DNA of 64,000 nt from Fimbriosthenelais zetlandica (Eukaryota): positions 21,018,001 to 21,082,000 of the forward strand of contig OZ365116.1 in the NCBI GenBank assembly GCA_977030845.1, written 5' to 3'. Below, one piece after another: positions 63,201-64,000 of the stretch (position 1 is the stretch's first letter; each line of letters starts with the position of its first letter). Under the pieces are notes generated by a model that saw nothing but the letters and a program-made list of their open reading frames with translations, ran no database searches and had not been told where the DNA came from. The position numbers and the translations under genes were made by a program.

Positions 63201-64000
63201 AAAATCTCTCTTATGACTGGAACAGACTGCACGTCGGTTAGATTATAAAGTCGCAGAGATTATACTCTATTTAGGTGCTTAGTCGCTCAGATTGTGCTTG
63301 TTCAAAGGCGAGTGACCAAGGCGGATGCATCAATAAAACGTCATGAGCACTACCGCATGTATACATAAAAGCATTGGTATGTTCAGGCCATAACAAACCT
63401 AGCTAATGGTCAGTGTCCCATTTTAACAACAGCTTTTATACAATTTCATATTTTTCATTGGATTGTCCTCCTCCCAAACAATTTGTCTTTTGTTTTCTCA
63501 TTTAATTGTCTGTGGATGGAAGCAGCACTCCCCGCATACACAGTCTCCGATGTTTTTCTATAGTCCACCAAATCTGTCTCAATAGAGCCACTAAAGTAAG
63601 ACGAAGCTTCAAGGCAGTCTGGCTTGGAGGGGAAAAAGGACAATTCCTCCCAATTGGACCAATCCTAGAGGATTTAGAATATTCAGATCAGAACCTAGCC
63701 TACCAGAGTATCCCATCTAATACAGTGACTGACCCTTACTCCAAGTTCCCACAAAAGTTAGAGAAAAAAACGTTGTTACTAAGTCATTTCTTCTCCTCTG
63801 TAAAAGTTCCCTTAGAAAACTTCCTTTTGGGATTCATTAATATGTATACATGCACAGTTTTGACTTATTTGCATTGGAGATGTAATGAAAGATATTTTAT
63901 TTTTTTTCCTTGTACACTTCAGGCTGTTAGCTCTTGCAGAAATGCCAGTTTTTTTTAGTCCGTACATTGCTCAAATGTCCTGTCAATGGCTGAATCCTGT

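Overview
Animal (invertebrate) genomic DNA, AT-rich, with spliceosomal GT-AG introns; the gene content suggests a lophotrochozoan such as an annelid or mollusc, but this is low confidence. Contents: (1) DAGLA, diacylglycerol lipase alpha, + strand, 14 in-phase coding exons at 6718-24873, with the first coding exon apparently upstream of the window; (2) a candidate compact gene of 9 micro-exons (+, 27557-28906), invisible to the ORF track and wedged between two convergent 3' ends, whose protein I do not recognise; (3) an HSDL1-type SDR, - strand, 7 exons at 32167-29404, with an intact YxxxK; (4) an intronless GT-A glycosyltransferase-like type II membrane protein with a Lys-rich tail (+, 39098-40258); (5) about 24 kb (40.5-64 kb) with no recognisable coding exons but several dense clusters of cis-regulatory-like motifs. 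Most other ORF-track entries are chance or repeat-derived frames. No tRNA, rRNA, CRISPR array or intact transposon was recognised. All exon coordinates and splice phases were read by hand, and family assignments rest on recalled motifs, not database searches.
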